Assembly: GCF_963921235.1 (NCBI RefSeq)
Contig: NC_086097.1
Span: forward strand, 110,920,001 to 110,984,000
DNA: 64,000 bases
Direction of reading: 5' to 3'
From: Mobula hypostoma
Lineage: Eukaryota
The notes under the pieces were generated by a model. It did no database searches. It was not told where the DNA came from and saw only the letters and a list, made by a program, of their open reading frames with translations. The position numbers were made by a program, and so were the translations under genes. Below are positions 50,523 to 63,869 of the stretch, piece after piece; the first letter of the stretch is position 1; every line of letters begins with the position of its first letter.

Positions 50523-52449
50523 AACCTTTATGGAATCTCAAGACCCTTTGTGCCTCTGATTTTTTAATTTTCTCCTCATTTAGAAAAAAGTCTACATCTT
50601 TACTTCTTCTACCAAAACGCAAGACCATATACTTCCCTACAGTGTTCTATCTGCCATGTCTTTGCCCATTCTCCCAAAATGTCTTAGACCTTCTGTAGAC
50701 TCCCTGCTTCCTCAACACTACCTGCTCCACCAACTACTTTCGTATTGTCCACAAATTTGCCACAAAACCAACAATTCTTTCATCCAAATTACTGACATGT
50801 AACGTGAAAATAAATGATTCCGACACCGATCCATGTGGAACACCAGCAGTCAGCAGCAGCCAACCAGAAAAGGCCCCTTATATTCCCACTGTTTGCCTCT
50901 TGCCAGTCAGCCAATCTTCTATCCATGCTAGTATCGTTCTGGTAAAACAATGTGCTCTTAACTTGTTAAACAGCCTCATGTGCAGCATCTTGTCAACGGG
51001 CCTGCTGGAAATGCAAGTTGACAACATTAACTAACTCACCTTTGTCAATCCTGTCTAGTATTTCTTAAAAGAATACCAACACATTTGTCAGGCAAGATTT
51101 CCCCTTAAGGAAACCATGCTGATTACAGCCTGCTTTATCATGCGCCTCTAAGTCCCCTGAAACCACATTATTAATAAAAGACTCAAACATCTTCCCAACC
51201 ACTGAAGTCAGGCTAACTAGCCTATAATCTCCTTTCTTCGGCCTCCCTCCCTGCTTAAAGAGTGGAGTGACATTCACAATTTTCCAGTCCTCAGAAACCA
51301 TTCCAGAATCTAGTGATTCTGGAAGGATTATTACTAATGCCTCCATAATCTCTTCAGCTACCTGCTTCAGAACCCTGGGGTGCAGTCCATATGGTCCAGG
51401 TGACGTATCTACCTTCAGACTGTTCAGCTTCCCAAGTACCTTCTTCTTGGTAATAGTAACGAAACTTCTACCCCATGGCACTCTCGCATTTCTGGCATAC
51501 TACAACTGTCTTCTGCAGTGAAGATTGATGCAAAATACTTATTCAGTTCTTCTGCCATTTCTTTGTCCTCCATTACAATCTTTTCAGCATCATTTTCCTG
51601 CGGTCTCATATCCACTCTCCTCGCCCTTTTACTCATTACATATCTGAAAAAACTTTTTGTATTCTCTTTTATATTATTGCCTAGCTTACCTTGATATTGC
51701 ATCTTTTCTCCCTTTATGGCTTTTTAAAGTTGCCTTCTATTGGTTTTTAAAGTCTTCCTAATCTTCTAACCTTCCACTAATTTTTGCTATAATATTAATG
51801 AATCTGACTTTTCACTTCTCTCCCACAAACTGCAGGGTAAATTCTATCATATTATGATCACCACCTCCTTAGGGTTCCTTTACCTTAAGTTCTATAAACG
51901 AATCTCATTCATTACACAACACCCAATTCAAACTTACCTTTTTCCTAGTGGGGCAACCACAAGCTGCTCTAAAAAGCCATCTTGTCGGCATTCTACAAAT
52001 TCTCTCTTGGGATCCAGCACCAACCTAATTTCCCCAACCTACCTGCATATTGAAGCCCCACATGACTATTGTAACATTGCCCTTTTTACATGCCTATTCT
52101 ATCTCCTGTTGTAATTTGTATCCCACATCCTGGCTACTGTTCAGAGGCCTGTATACAACTTCCATTAAGGACTTTTTACTCTTGCAGTTTCATAACTCTA
52201 CCCATAACTACTCTACATTTTCTAATCATATGTCACCTCTTTCTAAGGATTTGACATCATTATTTTTTTTTAAATCCATAGACCCACCCCAGCTTCTCTG
52301 CCCACCTGCCTGTCCTTTCAATACAATGTGTATCCTTGGATGGTAACCAACTACGATCTTCTTTCAGCCATGACTTAATGATGCCTACAATATCATAACT
52401 GCACTGCAAAATCATATACCTTATTCCATATACTGTGTACATTGAAATT

Positions 52450-52988
52450 GGGGTGTTTGGGGTGTCAGGGAGGGGTAGCACCTCTGGTGGGGGGACATGT
52501 CACGTCCTTTTCAAGGCAGTTAGTCCACCTTTGGTCCCCATCTGGCACTCAGCTCTCACCTGTGGCTCCCCATAGCTGTTTGCATGTGACAGCGGCCACA
52601 CCCCGAGCAACAGCTTTGACAAACTGGCTAAACCAGGTGAGGGTAGCTGATGGGTCTCAAACCCTCTGTGATACAGGGTGTTGTCTATCCCAGCATGTGA
52701 AGACAGACTCCGGCAGATTAAGCGGACCAGACCAATGGAAGGACCAACGGTCAAGGCGGCGGTCTCTGCAAGCGTCGTGGAACGTGTAGAGCAGGAAAAG
52801 ACACAGAAGATGTCCTGGTCATCCACTGCACCTAGTCCCATCTCCAGCCGTCTCGACTCTGTCTTGCCACTGGATCCAGATGGGAATTGGGAAGAGAGAG
52901 TGAGGCTCCCTCACTTAAGTCCAAATCACGCACTAGTCTCGATATCGTTGAAGTCGAGGTCCTCATCAACATCGACGATGGACGAAGA
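52450..52988 (+). mobile_element. Unclassified GC-rich non-autonomous retroposon (possibly RTE-derived)
   Basis: Discrete insertion in a CR1 flanked by acattgaaat/acattcaaat; no credible ORF. Confidence 0.4.
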
Positions 52989-53082
52989 CACATTCAAATA
53001 TAACACTTTCAGTCCTGAATGCATCCCGGATTAACTTGCATTAACCATAAGTTTGGCCACAGCAAGAACCTTTATAGCCTGG

Positions 53083-53945
53083 TGTTACGTACCCCGTAAC
53101 TGGGTTGCCAAACCAGCAGAAATGGATCACTCAGTTGGAGTCTGGAGTACTAGAACTAAGAAAGTTTTATTAAAGAAACAAGCAACACAGTAATCGAAAG
53201 GATAATAAATGCAACAGTTCAGCGATGATAAACACACATGTGCACAGAATTAAGATAACAGCATCAATCAAGCTCTATCGTTGTCTAGGGGTAAATGACC
53301 AAATTTCAAAGTGACTCAAAGTTCAGTCCAGTTTAGTAGTTCAGTTCGCAGTAATCGTTGCCATGGCGATGGACAACGTGGGGGAAGAGAGAGAGGGAAC
53401 AGGAACAACTGATCATTCAGACACGGCTTCACTCACAGACCGGCGAGATGGCTCACAAACAGCTTTTGGGCGGGTCCTTGGTGATGTCACCTGAGGTCAC
53501 CGACTGTGACCCCTCCTCCAGATGCGGTCGATCCTCTGCAGTGAACCCGGCACCCAGGCAAGGGCGGACACACACCAGGTTCCTGCTGATCGTACCTTTC
53601 CACCCTGGCCGTTGTCTGGTACTTCCCACCGACTTGTGAGAAGCGTACCGCTTCCAGGGTCTCGTTACCTCGGGTGGCGTGTGTGTCTTGCCTTAGCGAA
53701 CCGGTCCCTTTTTATCCCCCTGCTGGGGTATCGCCTGTCCATCACTTCAAACAGTTCAAGGTTCAAAGGGGGGAGCCGCTCCAGACAGCTCTCTCTCCCC
53801 CGTCCCTTCATTACACATCTCCAGACGCTGCTCCATTGTTCCTTATCTCTCCTTCCCCTGAGGGCAGGTGGCAGACCACTTGCTGATGTCACTGATGCTA
53901 ACCTAGGCCAGCAAACATCTTAATTTTATGTGTATTCTCGTCACA
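53083..53945 (-). mobile_element. Solo LTR (863 bp)
   Basis: TGTTACG...CGTCACA termini, 4-bp TSD CTGG; minus-strand ATAAAAA (53709-53715) and AATAAA (53166-53171). Confidence 0.85.
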
Positions 53946-55239
53946 CTGGTCACTAAACTTCATTAAGGATATGATAGCACTAAAAAGGCTCAGAGACTAG
54001 CTGCAAGAAAATTGCCAAGGCTGAAGAATTATTTATGAAAGGAGGGACCACCTCAGATGGGAGTCTTTTGTTTTGGAGTGATGGACAATAAGATTTAATT
54101 CAAGAGGGATAAACCTACAAGGCTTACACAAAATAAACCTATCCACCTTAACAGAGAGAAGTGACAAAAGCACACAAATTGAAGTTAACTGGTAAAATGA
54201 CTAAAGTGGTGTGGGAAAAATATATTTCATTGAGAGAAAAGAAATTATATTTAAAGAATACCTGAATGAAAACTTGAAGCATAATGGTTCAGAAGCCATA
54301 TGCAGGACAACCTGAAGTCGATTTTGTCTGCCAAGTGTACAGTGGGTCAAATAGTCTCTCTGTGATTTTTTATTAACTTTAAGGTTCTACGCACACAATT
54401 CAAAATTATTTGCCATGTGAACATTGATACATGCACTGAAATGTACCGTTTGCATAGGCAACCAACACATCTGACATTGTTCTTGGGCAGCCTGCAAGTA
54501 TCGCCATACATTCCAGGGCCAATATACCCACACTGTTCAGCAGAACAACACAAAACACAACAAGCAAGAGAACAACAATGGCAAAAGCAAGTCCCATTCC
54601 TCTCTCCCACCCACATACACCGTCCTTTAACCCCAGGACAGGCCTCCAGCTGACACTGAGTCGGGCCTGCAGACACCAAGCTTCAACCTCTGCAGCAGAT
54701 TCACAGAGATTCACATACTCGGCTCCTGCCAACAACCTCAAGCTCTGGACTTCTGATCCAACCCTCAGCATCAACACCAGGACACACCAATCACCAACAC
54801 TAGGCCTTGAACTCTGGACTCATTGATGACAGAATTCTGAACACTATTTCACGCTTTGAACTCAGGTCTCACCCAGGGGTTCCACAGAACCTATTCCTGT
54901 TGCCCGCACAGAACTCCAACTGTGGAACACATGAAAAACACCCACTGGGGTGGGGGAGGCCTCATTTCCTCTGCCAGTGTGTCATCTGACCACGAGTCTC
55001 CCACGTCCACATCACTGGTCTTCAAATGCAAAGCAGAGACATAAGACTCCACTCTGAGCTCAAATTCCACCACATTCCTGTTCCCTATCCCCAAATCCTA
55101 ATCTGATCCTAACTCTCCACTGTCCACAAAGCCATCCTTATGAACTTAGAAAGTGATTAAAAATTAAATGAAAAAACAACTAAAATGAAGCTGCGACTGA
55201 ATGGAGGAAGTAGCTCGGCACCAGCTTGGATGTCACTTC

Positions 55240-56100
55240 TGACTGCATGGACAAATTATGTTCCAACACCATCTCCAAGTATACAGATGATACCCATGGT
55301 AATCGGCCATATCTCAAATAACAATGAGTCAAAATACAGGAAGGAGATAGAGAACCTTGTGCATGATGTCATCACAACAACCTTTCCCTCCATGTTAGCA
55401 AAAGAGCTGGTCATTGACTTCAGGAATGGAGCCAGTACACAATCTCCTATTTACATCAATTAAGAGGTATGAAAGTTTCAATTCCCAACTACTGAACATC
55501 AACAACAACCTGTCCTGGTCCAACGACATGACCCGCTGGGCCAAGAAAACTCACCAGCGCCTCTACTTCCTCAGGAGTCAAGAAATTTGGCACGCTCCTT
55601 TGACCCTCAAGGATTTTCATTGATGCACCATAGAAAGCATCTTATCTGAATGCATTCTGTCCTTGACTGCAAGAAACTGCAGACAGTTGTAGACACAGCT
55701 CATCACATCATAGAAACTATCTTTCTGGATTATCTACACTTCTCCCTGCTTCAGTAAAGGAGAACTAAAATCAAAGACCCCACCCAACCTTGACATTCTC
55801 TCTTCTCCCTCTTCCTATCAGGCAAAAGATGTACCACAAGTTCGAGGATAGTTTCTGTCCTACTTTTAAAATGGTTCTCAAGTACGATACTCTTTACCTC
55901 ACAATTTATCTTATGACATTATGCTTTATTGTCTAACTGCACTGCATGTTTTCTGTAACTAACACTTTATTTGGCACTCTTATTGTTTTACCTTTTACTT
56001 TCCCCAATGCATTGTATTAATGAATTGGTCTGTATGAACGGTATACAAGACCTGGTATTTTTTGCGTACCTCGGTATATGTAACAATAGTACAGCCATTT
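55240..56100 (+). mobile_element. Rex1/Babar-type LINE fragment
   Basis: KELVIDFR, AKKTHQRLYFLR remnants. Confidence 0.7.
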
Positions 56101-56216
56101 ACCAATTCAAATCTCATCTCAGAGTTTGTTGTTCATTTCACAAAATGCTCTTTAACATCTGGAAACGATGGGTCTAGTTAGTATGTATTAAAAAGCTCAG
56201 GTTACATGGTACATAC

Positions 56217-56348
56217 CAGAGCTGTTTTCAGCTGTTCCTGAAATTCTTGCCTGGAAGCCAGAAGTTGCTGCTCAAACTCTCTCTCTTTGCAGGCCAATGC
56301 TTCCATATGATTTTTCTCCAACTCTCCAATATGATCTTCAGAAGATTT
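56217..56348 (-). CDS. GOLGA4: GOLGA4 coding exon (132 nt, phase 0/0): KSSEDHIGELEKNHMEALACKEREFEQQLLASRQEFQEQLKTAL
   Basis: ttcttgttatAG acceptor and GTATGT donor; peptide resembles recalled human golgin-245 KSSEEQIAKLQKLHEKELARKEQE...EFQEQMKVAL. Confidence 0.9.
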
Positions 56349-57938
56349 CTATAACAAGAAGAAAATTTAGGCCATAAACTTCTTACTTTGTAAACCAACT
56401 AAAAGGAAATTAGTTGCTCATATTAACAAGATCCTCTTCTCTAAGCCTTTGTCAGTAGTGACTCTAGATTGTATACAGTCTACATGCTCAATGTCCTATT
56501 TATAAAGAAGTATTAAAAGCTATACAGAGCTTGAACTGCTTCACAAACATTTTTATTCTTGTTATCCAGTTTGGAACCCAACTTTTAACTCCTTTCTTCC
56601 TGAGTAATTCAACATCTGAATCACAGATACTGTACATCACCATTTCCCCCCCCCCCCATTGATTTTAAGAGTACCATTTCTTATCTATTGTACAAAATAG
56701 ATTGTGGCATAGTTTTCCACATGGACTTATCCCTCTTCACATCTGAACTTTTTGAACAGTCCAATGTGATCTTTGCTACCCTGCATACTCTTTTCTTGGC
56801 CTTGTCAAGTCCATTATCAGAGTCATCCAAAAATTCAGACAGCAAAACAGATTTTGTAGTGAGTCGTGAACACATGGCTCAAAACAGACTTAGCCATTTA
56901 TCGTCACATCATACTTACTTCACTTCAAATTTATCTTTAATCCATAGAGAAAAATGAGCAATACACTTTCTGCTATCATATCTACATCATACATTGTGCA
57001 ATGCATATTTAGTTAGTCTTCAATATTTGGTTAGCATTTTGCTGTTATTGCGCTTTGAATTGTAGTTCTATAGATTCAGATAATGTTCACATGTAGTCCC
57101 TTATCTAGATAAATGTTTTTTTTAAACTGAAACCCTGTGAAGGATTTACATGCCATTACTTTCTACAAGGTGAAACCTAACAGCATAAATGAATGTGTTT
57201 CTTCACTCCCAATAAGCTCAATGCCTTTTATGCATCCCTTCAAAGGACAATATGCCAGTCTAGATCTGCACAGCATCTGGCAGCCCTATGGTCTGTCTCA
57301 GAGACTTCAAATAGATCCTGCCTAGTCGCACCCCGCCCCCCAAAAAAAAATCACTGCTCTGGCTTTGGAACCCAACCGGTACACCTGTCCTGTCCGTTTC
57401 CACCACTATCTTAGAAATAAGAGCTCTGTTCACTCAAGCCAAAGTGCTTCCAGACTGCCACTTCAGTCACTTGGCTTACCTCATTCCCTAAAAGAAAGAA
57501 CAATATTGCACCCTCCTGAGTAAGGCCCTTTATATATTGACTGAGAAAACTTTCCTCGACAGATTGCACATTTTCTACCCATCCAGGCCCTTAACACTCT
57601 GAATAGTCCAGTCAATAATGGGGAACTTGAAATCTTCCACTAATACAACCTCCTTATAATTACAACTATGAGCAGTTTCTCTACACACCTGCTCAAGTTC
57701 CTGCTAACAACCAGGGGTTCAATAATATAGTTCCGCTAGAATAGCCCTGCCCTTTTTGTTTCTAAGTACTACCCATATGGCCTCAATGGATGATCTCCCA
57801 AGAATGTCATTTCTTTCTTTGCCTTTGTGCACTCCTTTATCAAAAAGACAACACCCACTCCTCACTCAATATACCAGTCATGCCAGTAGCATCTTTAACC
57901 TGTCATACCGAGTTCCTAGTTGTGCCCTTCTCTTAGGG

Positions 57939-59069
57939 CAGCGGTCCTCAACCACCGGGCCGCGGACTGGTACCGCTGCAAAGCATGCGCTACCGGGCCG
58001 CGAGGAAACGATATGATTTGGCGATAGGAGTCAGCTGCACCTTTCCTCATTCCTTGTCATGTCCACTGTTGAGCTTGAACACATGCAAGGTCATTACCCG
58101 TGTGTCATCCATGTCAGCGCGGGAAGGAGATCAACTCCTCAAGCTTGCAAATGACGGCGGGCTGAAAAGTATGTTTGACCTAACATCTTTGCCAGCATTC
58201 TGGGTCAAAGTCAAGGCTAAATATCCTGAGATAGCCAGGAAAGCACTGAAAACGTTGCTTCCATTTCCAACATATCTCTGCAAGGAATGTAACGAAAACT
58301 AAATTGCGGAATAGACTGGACACAAGGCACCCCCTTCGAGTATCGTTGTCTCCCATCACCCCTCGATAGGACCGTCTTGTTGCAGGGAAACAAGCCCAGG
58401 ACTCCCACTGATTCAGTGATATTGGTGTGTTGCAATGATTTTATATGTTCATATGGGGAAAATATGTGCTGTGTGTTTAATATCCAAATGTTACTTAAAA
58501 TTTATGATGCTATTGACTTATATAACCATATAACAATTACAGCAGGGAAACAGGCGATCTCTGTCCTTCTAGTCCGTGCCCAACGCTACTCTCACCTAGT
58601 CCCACCCACCTGCACTCAGCCCATAACCCTCCATTCCTTTCGTGTCCATATAGCTATCCAATTTTTCTTTAAATGATAATATCGAACCTGCCTCTACCAC
58701 TACTCTGGAAGTTCATTCAACACTTACTTCAAGCTCCCCTGATAATTGACTTATCACTATATTCATGCGAGGAAAATATGTGTTGTGTGTTTAATATTAA
58801 ATTCGTTAGATAAACCCTTTAGAAACGAAATTGAGCATATTAGCCACTTATCAATTATATTCCGGTTGTGATATCGGCACGTACATGCTTGCGCAAATCA
58901 CGCATGCGCACTGGTACCCGCGCAAGGCTTCATGGTCATTGTAGTCTCTTGGGGTAAACAACGTATTTGAGTGCTACTCTTGTGTGTTGGCAACCCTACC
59001 CAACCCCCACCCCCCGCCCCGCCACCCCGGTCGGCCGGTCCGCAGTGCAAAAAAGGTTGGGGACCCCTG
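57939..59069 (+). mobile_element. Non-autonomous hAT (Charlie/Buster-type) element
   Basis: TIRs CAGCGGTCCTCAACC / GGTTGGGGACCCCTG; dimerisation-domain remnant SLPAFWVKVKAKYPEIARKALKTLLPFPTYLC; degenerate TSD tcttaggg/tttcaggg. Confidence 0.85.
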
Positions 59070-59259
59070 TTTCAGGGGTATGACAGAAGTATATAAGTAT
59101 CAGGGTCAAGACACCATCAGAATGGAAGATCATTATGGTGGACATCCCATATATCCCAGGTTAATGAAAGAGGAGAATGCTGGAAACTTGACAAAAATCT
59201 TTGTAAGATCCCAGTGGAATGGAGATTAGCCACTGTTCCTTTGTCCAATAAAAGGAAAA

Positions 59260-59817
59260 AGAAACATAGAAAACCAACAGCACAATACAGGCCCTTCGGC
59301 CCACAAAGCTGTGTTGAACATGTTCTTACCTTAGAAATTATCCAGGGTTACCCATAGCCCGCCATTTTTCTAAGCTATCCAAGGGTCTCTTAAAACACTC
59401 TATTGTATCCGCCACCGCTGCCGGCAGCCCATTCCAAGCACTCACCACTCTCTGCATAAAAAACTTATCCTGACATCTACTAGACAGGTATACGGAGAAA
59501 TTTAAGGTGGGGGATTATATGGGAGGCAGGGTTTAAGGGTCGGCACAACATTGTGGGCCGAAGGGCCTGTACTGTGCTATACGGTTCTATGTTTTATCTC
59601 CTCTCTACCTACTTCTAAGCACCTTAAAACTGTGCCCTCTTGTGCTAGCTATTTCAGCCCTGGGAAAAAGCCTCTGACTATCCACACGATCAATGCCTCT
59701 CATTATCTTATACACCTCTATCAGGTCACCTCTCATCCTCCGTCGTTCCAAAGAAAAAAGGCCGAATTCACTCAACCTATTCTCATTAGGGATACTCCCC
59801 AATCCAGGCATCATCAA

Positions 59818-59852
<35 letters not shown>

Positions 59853-60290
59853 GGTGGCATGCCCAGATTGAGCTTTGGCTGCAATGGCCCACACACTCCT
59901 GTTTCCGGTCAAGTGGATCAATTCATTGGTATTCATTTCCACAATCCAGGCAACATCCTTGTAAATCTCTTCTGCACCCTTTCTATGGTTACCACATCCT
60001 TCCTGTAGTGAGGCGACCAGAAATGAGCACAGTACTCCAAGTGGGGTCTGACCAAGGTCCTATATAGCTGCAACATTACTTCTTGGTTCCTAAGCTCAAT
60101 TCCACAATTGATGAAGGCCAATGCACCGTATACCTTCTCAACCACAGAGTCAACCTGCGCAGCAGCTTTGAGCGTCCTATGGACTTGGACCCCAAGATCC
60201 CTCTGATCCTCCACACTGCCAAGAGTCTTACTATAATACTGTATTCTGCCATCATATTTGGCCAACCAAAATGAACCACCTCACACTTAT
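59260..60290 (-). mobile_element. CR1/HER1-type LINE 3' part with two nested short insertions
   Basis: LVRPHLEYCAHFWSPHY; nested + strand CR1 tail at about 59482-59595; nested (CAT)n-tailed insert 59811-59941 with TSD CAATCCAGGCA. Confidence 0.88.
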
Positions 60291-60667
60291 TTAGGGATAT
60301 AGAGCTAATCCATACAATTATTAGTTAGTGGGCCACACCAACGGCAAGGAAGCTAGCGGAGAGGATTCTTAGGGATAGGATTTACGAACACTTACGCGGA
60401 CAGGTCCCCACACAAATATGCTCAGGTCCGAGTGGCAAATGTGCCCCCAGTGAACAGAGATGGATGTTCACTTATTCTTCCGCTGCTTTCAGAGGAAATT
60501 TCCAACTTCATTCCTATTGGCTTTGTAATAAACTGCATTCCATCTGGTCCTATTTTATGGCAATAACATTTTTTCTTGTGAGAAATGTGTTTTGTCCTAC
60601 TCCAAAATTGTGGCACCTTTCCTGATAAAATCTACAAAAAAAATTGCTGGTGGTTTATATTGTAGAG

Positions 60668-62931
60668 TAGGGGTCGCCAATCCATCGATCACAATCGACC
60701 GGTCGATCTTTGAGACTTTCCCAGTAGATCCCGAAGAAAAATCAAAAATAAATACACAAATACTGTTGTAATGTGAGCATTATAAAAGTAAGTAATACTA
60801 ATTAGCATAATGGTAATATAGCAATATTTTCACTAAAAAGCTGATTGTAAAGAGAGATTGTTTCCGGGTTGCAGGGGTTTAGCTCCGTTCTTTCTGCCCA
60901 GTGCGCATGGGTGTAGTTCCCCCGCCATGCACCACGTTTTCAGCGTAGCCTGTGCTGCATCAAAGTGACCAATCAGATTAGATAAGAGTACTGACTGTCG
61001 CAAACATCAATATACGGCAGTGGTCCCCAACCTCCGGGCCGCGAAGCATGCAGTGGTGCAGCGGTAGTCCGGATGCACACAGCACATCTTTAAGAAAAAA
61101 AGCTGAAATAAACAAGCTAATTAATTAGGTGCCGCCCGGCGCGTAAATGTCGGCCCAGATCAGAGGCGATGCAATCGGATCTCTCGTGATATCCTGATAG
61201 CATAGTGGAGGCTCCACGCAAGAAGGCGAAAACATACAAATTCCATCCAGAATAGGAAGAGGAATTTCGATTTACCTTGGTGAAAGACAAGTGTGTATGT
61301 ATGTTGTGCCACCAAATACAAGCACTAACTAAAAGAGGGAATCTGGAGCAGCACCGCAACACCAACCACCAGGAATTTAAAGATATCTACCCCTAAAAGA
61401 GCGCAATTCGTGCCTGGAAAGTTGAGCTGAAATCGGGGTTGAAGGCCAAGCAATCGTTTTCCACAAAACATGCTGCTCAAAATAAGGCTGCTATTGAAGC
61501 ATTATTTCATGTAAGTCACCTTTTGGTTGAACACAAGAAGCCTTTTACAGATGGCAATTTATTCAAGGAAGCAATGGTCATTACCGCAGAGACTGTTCTT
61601 AATGACTTTAAAAACAAAAACGGCATCACAACTGCAATACATAATATACTGCTTGGCCCTGCAACAGTGACAAGGAGAGTAGAGTCACCGTCAGAGGACG
61701 TGAATATTTTTCACTACAGTTCGATGAATTCCTGGATGTAATGCAAACAGCTCAGCTTGTTGTATTTGTCAGAATGGCTTTCCAGGATTTTACAACAAAG
61801 GAAGACTTCCCCACTCTTTCGCAATTAAAGGAAAGAACGAGAGGTGAGGATATTTACAATGAGTTTTTAAAAAATGCCCGTGAAAATGACATCCCCATTC
61901 ATAAACTGGTGGCAATTACTACTGATGGGGCCGAACAATGCGCAGTGTGCGCGTTGGTTTTATACCACTAAAAGTCAGTGCCTACTTCAGGTCAACTTAG
62001 CTATGTGAAATTGCATTTTCACAGATGAAAATTATTAAATCTAAGTACAGGAGCTGACTTACTGACAGACACCTCACTGGGGTTGCCAACTTTCTCACTC
62101 CCAAATAAGGGACAAAAGTAGCAGTCAAATCCTGGGACATTTGTGTTTATCCCGAGAAAGACTACCATGACCATGAAGTCTTGCATGGGCACCTGTGTGT
62201 GCATGTGCGTACGTGCCGATTTTTTTTACCCCACGAATCAATTTTGGCTTAATCTTCATTATTTCTACTTTATATAGGCTGTGTATTTATCATCTCATTC
62301 CTGCTTTTACTATATGTTAGTGTTATTTTAGGTTTTATGTGTTATTTGGTATGATTTGGTAGGTTTTTTTTGGGTCTGGGAATGCCACAATTTTTTCCAT
62401 ATAAATTAATGGTAATTGCTTCTTCAGCATAAAGCATTTCGGCATGAAAGGTTTCATAGGAACACTCCACCTTAGTGGGGGGGGAATACGGGACAGTTGT
62501 CAACCCTACACCTCATAGACTGTCTCAGACTGGCTGTCTGTAGTTATGAGCCAAATTTCAGGGAACTGGGAGGAAGTATTCAGCCCCAGTCATCACACTG
62601 AGTGCAACAGTCAATTTTTATTCATTTATTTTTCGTGTTGAAATAAAATTAAATAATGAAACTTAGAATTAAAGGTGTGAAGTATCGTAATATTCTTAAA
62701 GACAGCTATGGCCTGTTTGATATGCTAGTTACAGTATTTTCTTGTTTGAATTAATTTGGAAGTTTCACAAAAGTATTTTGTGTAATTCAAATACAATTCC
62801 CCCAAGTAAAAGGCCTCAAATTGGAAGTACTATCTGAGCTGTTTTTTCTCTAAACGATTTAGTAGGTAGATCTTGCCTTTCCCTGAGGTCAAGGTAGGGG
62901 ATCTTGGGCTTAAAAAGGTTGGTGACTACTA
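60668..62931 (+). mobile_element. hAT transposon with truncated SPIN/GTF2IRD2-like transposase
   Basis: Perfect 8-bp TSD TTGTAGAG; imperfect TIRs TAGGGGTCGCCAA/TTGGTGACTACTA; remnants CVCMLC..NLEQH, KKPFTDG..FKEAM, TAQLVVFVR, RTRGEDIY, LVAITTDGA. Confidence 0.88.
62078..62508. mobile_element. hAT (Blackjack-like) MITE nested in the hAT element
   Basis: TIRs TGGGGTTGCCAAC / GTTGTCAACCCTA; TSD cacctcac/cacctcat; gggaca subterminal motifs. Confidence 0.75.
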
Positions 62932-63869
62932 TTGTAGAGAAACATGTTAGCTTCAATGCTGATTATTTGAGTTTACTTTTGATACTACGAGTTTGCTGAT
63001 AAATGGAGGAAGCCCACATTTTCGTGCTTGTTTGGCCTTCTGCAGCTATGCAGATTCTCTGAAACAGCTCTTGTGTAAAATCCTTGGTATTCTTACAAGA
63101 AGCTACAAAAGCCAGTGAAACATACAGGCTGATCCAAAAACCTTCTGTGACAATAGCCACTTGTAGTTGCACCTTGAAAATACCAGACAACCCAATCTGT
63201 CTAGAAATGCACAGGAATCACAAGAACTTACAAGTCATATCAGTGCAATGATGTCAGCAGCAAGAGCAGTTAATTCCTCTCAGCATCAATAATGAAACAT
63301 GCAATATCTACAGTGAGAATTGGATGGAAGTGATTTGAGTGGTTTCGAGAAATTTATGGCAATGCACCAAATTCATTGGTGCCATCAGACTTGATAAGTC
63401 CAAATGTACAGTGCCCAAAATAACATGAAACATATTAGCCTTTTTACTCATCTTCAAATAATCACTTTTGAGAAAGAGAACTGAAGTGGTCTGATTGCAC
63501 AAATTGACAATTATTGGCATTTTGTTACTCTGCTGTTTTCCTTCAAACATGAGATCAGGTACCGTTTGTGTGGAGATGGCATGAACTACGTGGGTTTCCC
63601 CTCACTTCCTGAAGACATAGCAGTTGGTAAATTGGTTAAATAACCATTGTAAATTGTTCCTACTCAAGTGGTAAAATCTGAGAAGAATGAGGAGATTTTT
63701 AAAAAAGGACCAATGTAGGATTAGCTTAAGTGACTGGTTAAAAGCACAAGTCCCCATGTTTATGTTTTATCTGTTTACATAGAACAGCACTTTACAGACC
63801 ACTCTTCCCAAAATGTGCTGACCTTAATCCAATTTATATAAAGATCCTTCTCCAGTGTGTCATCTAGAT

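Larger units (their letters stand above)
47695..52445 (-). mobile_element. Long decayed CR1/HER1-type LINE hosting RTE and PLE insertions
   Basis: Remnants SPGPYGLHPRVLK, QHGFLKGKSCLTN, ERIQRRFTRMI in order on the minus strand. Confidence 0.8.

Noticed and set aside
56681..56957. Short ORFs on both strands as a possible extra exon or nested gene
   Set aside because: No recognisable homology to GOLGA4 or anything else, and no convincing splice-site pair
59809..59851. Poly-His / poly-Met coding tract
   Set aside because: (CAT)n tail of a TSD-flanked retroposon fragment
61190..61971. Domesticated GTF2IRD2/EPM2AIP1-like gene
   Set aside because: Stops, frameshifts, truncation, and flanking TIRs/TSD show a dead transposon
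62963..63550. Minus-strand ORFs as the next upstream GOLGA4 exon
   Set aside because: No coiled-coil E/K/Q composition or similarity to the expected sequence
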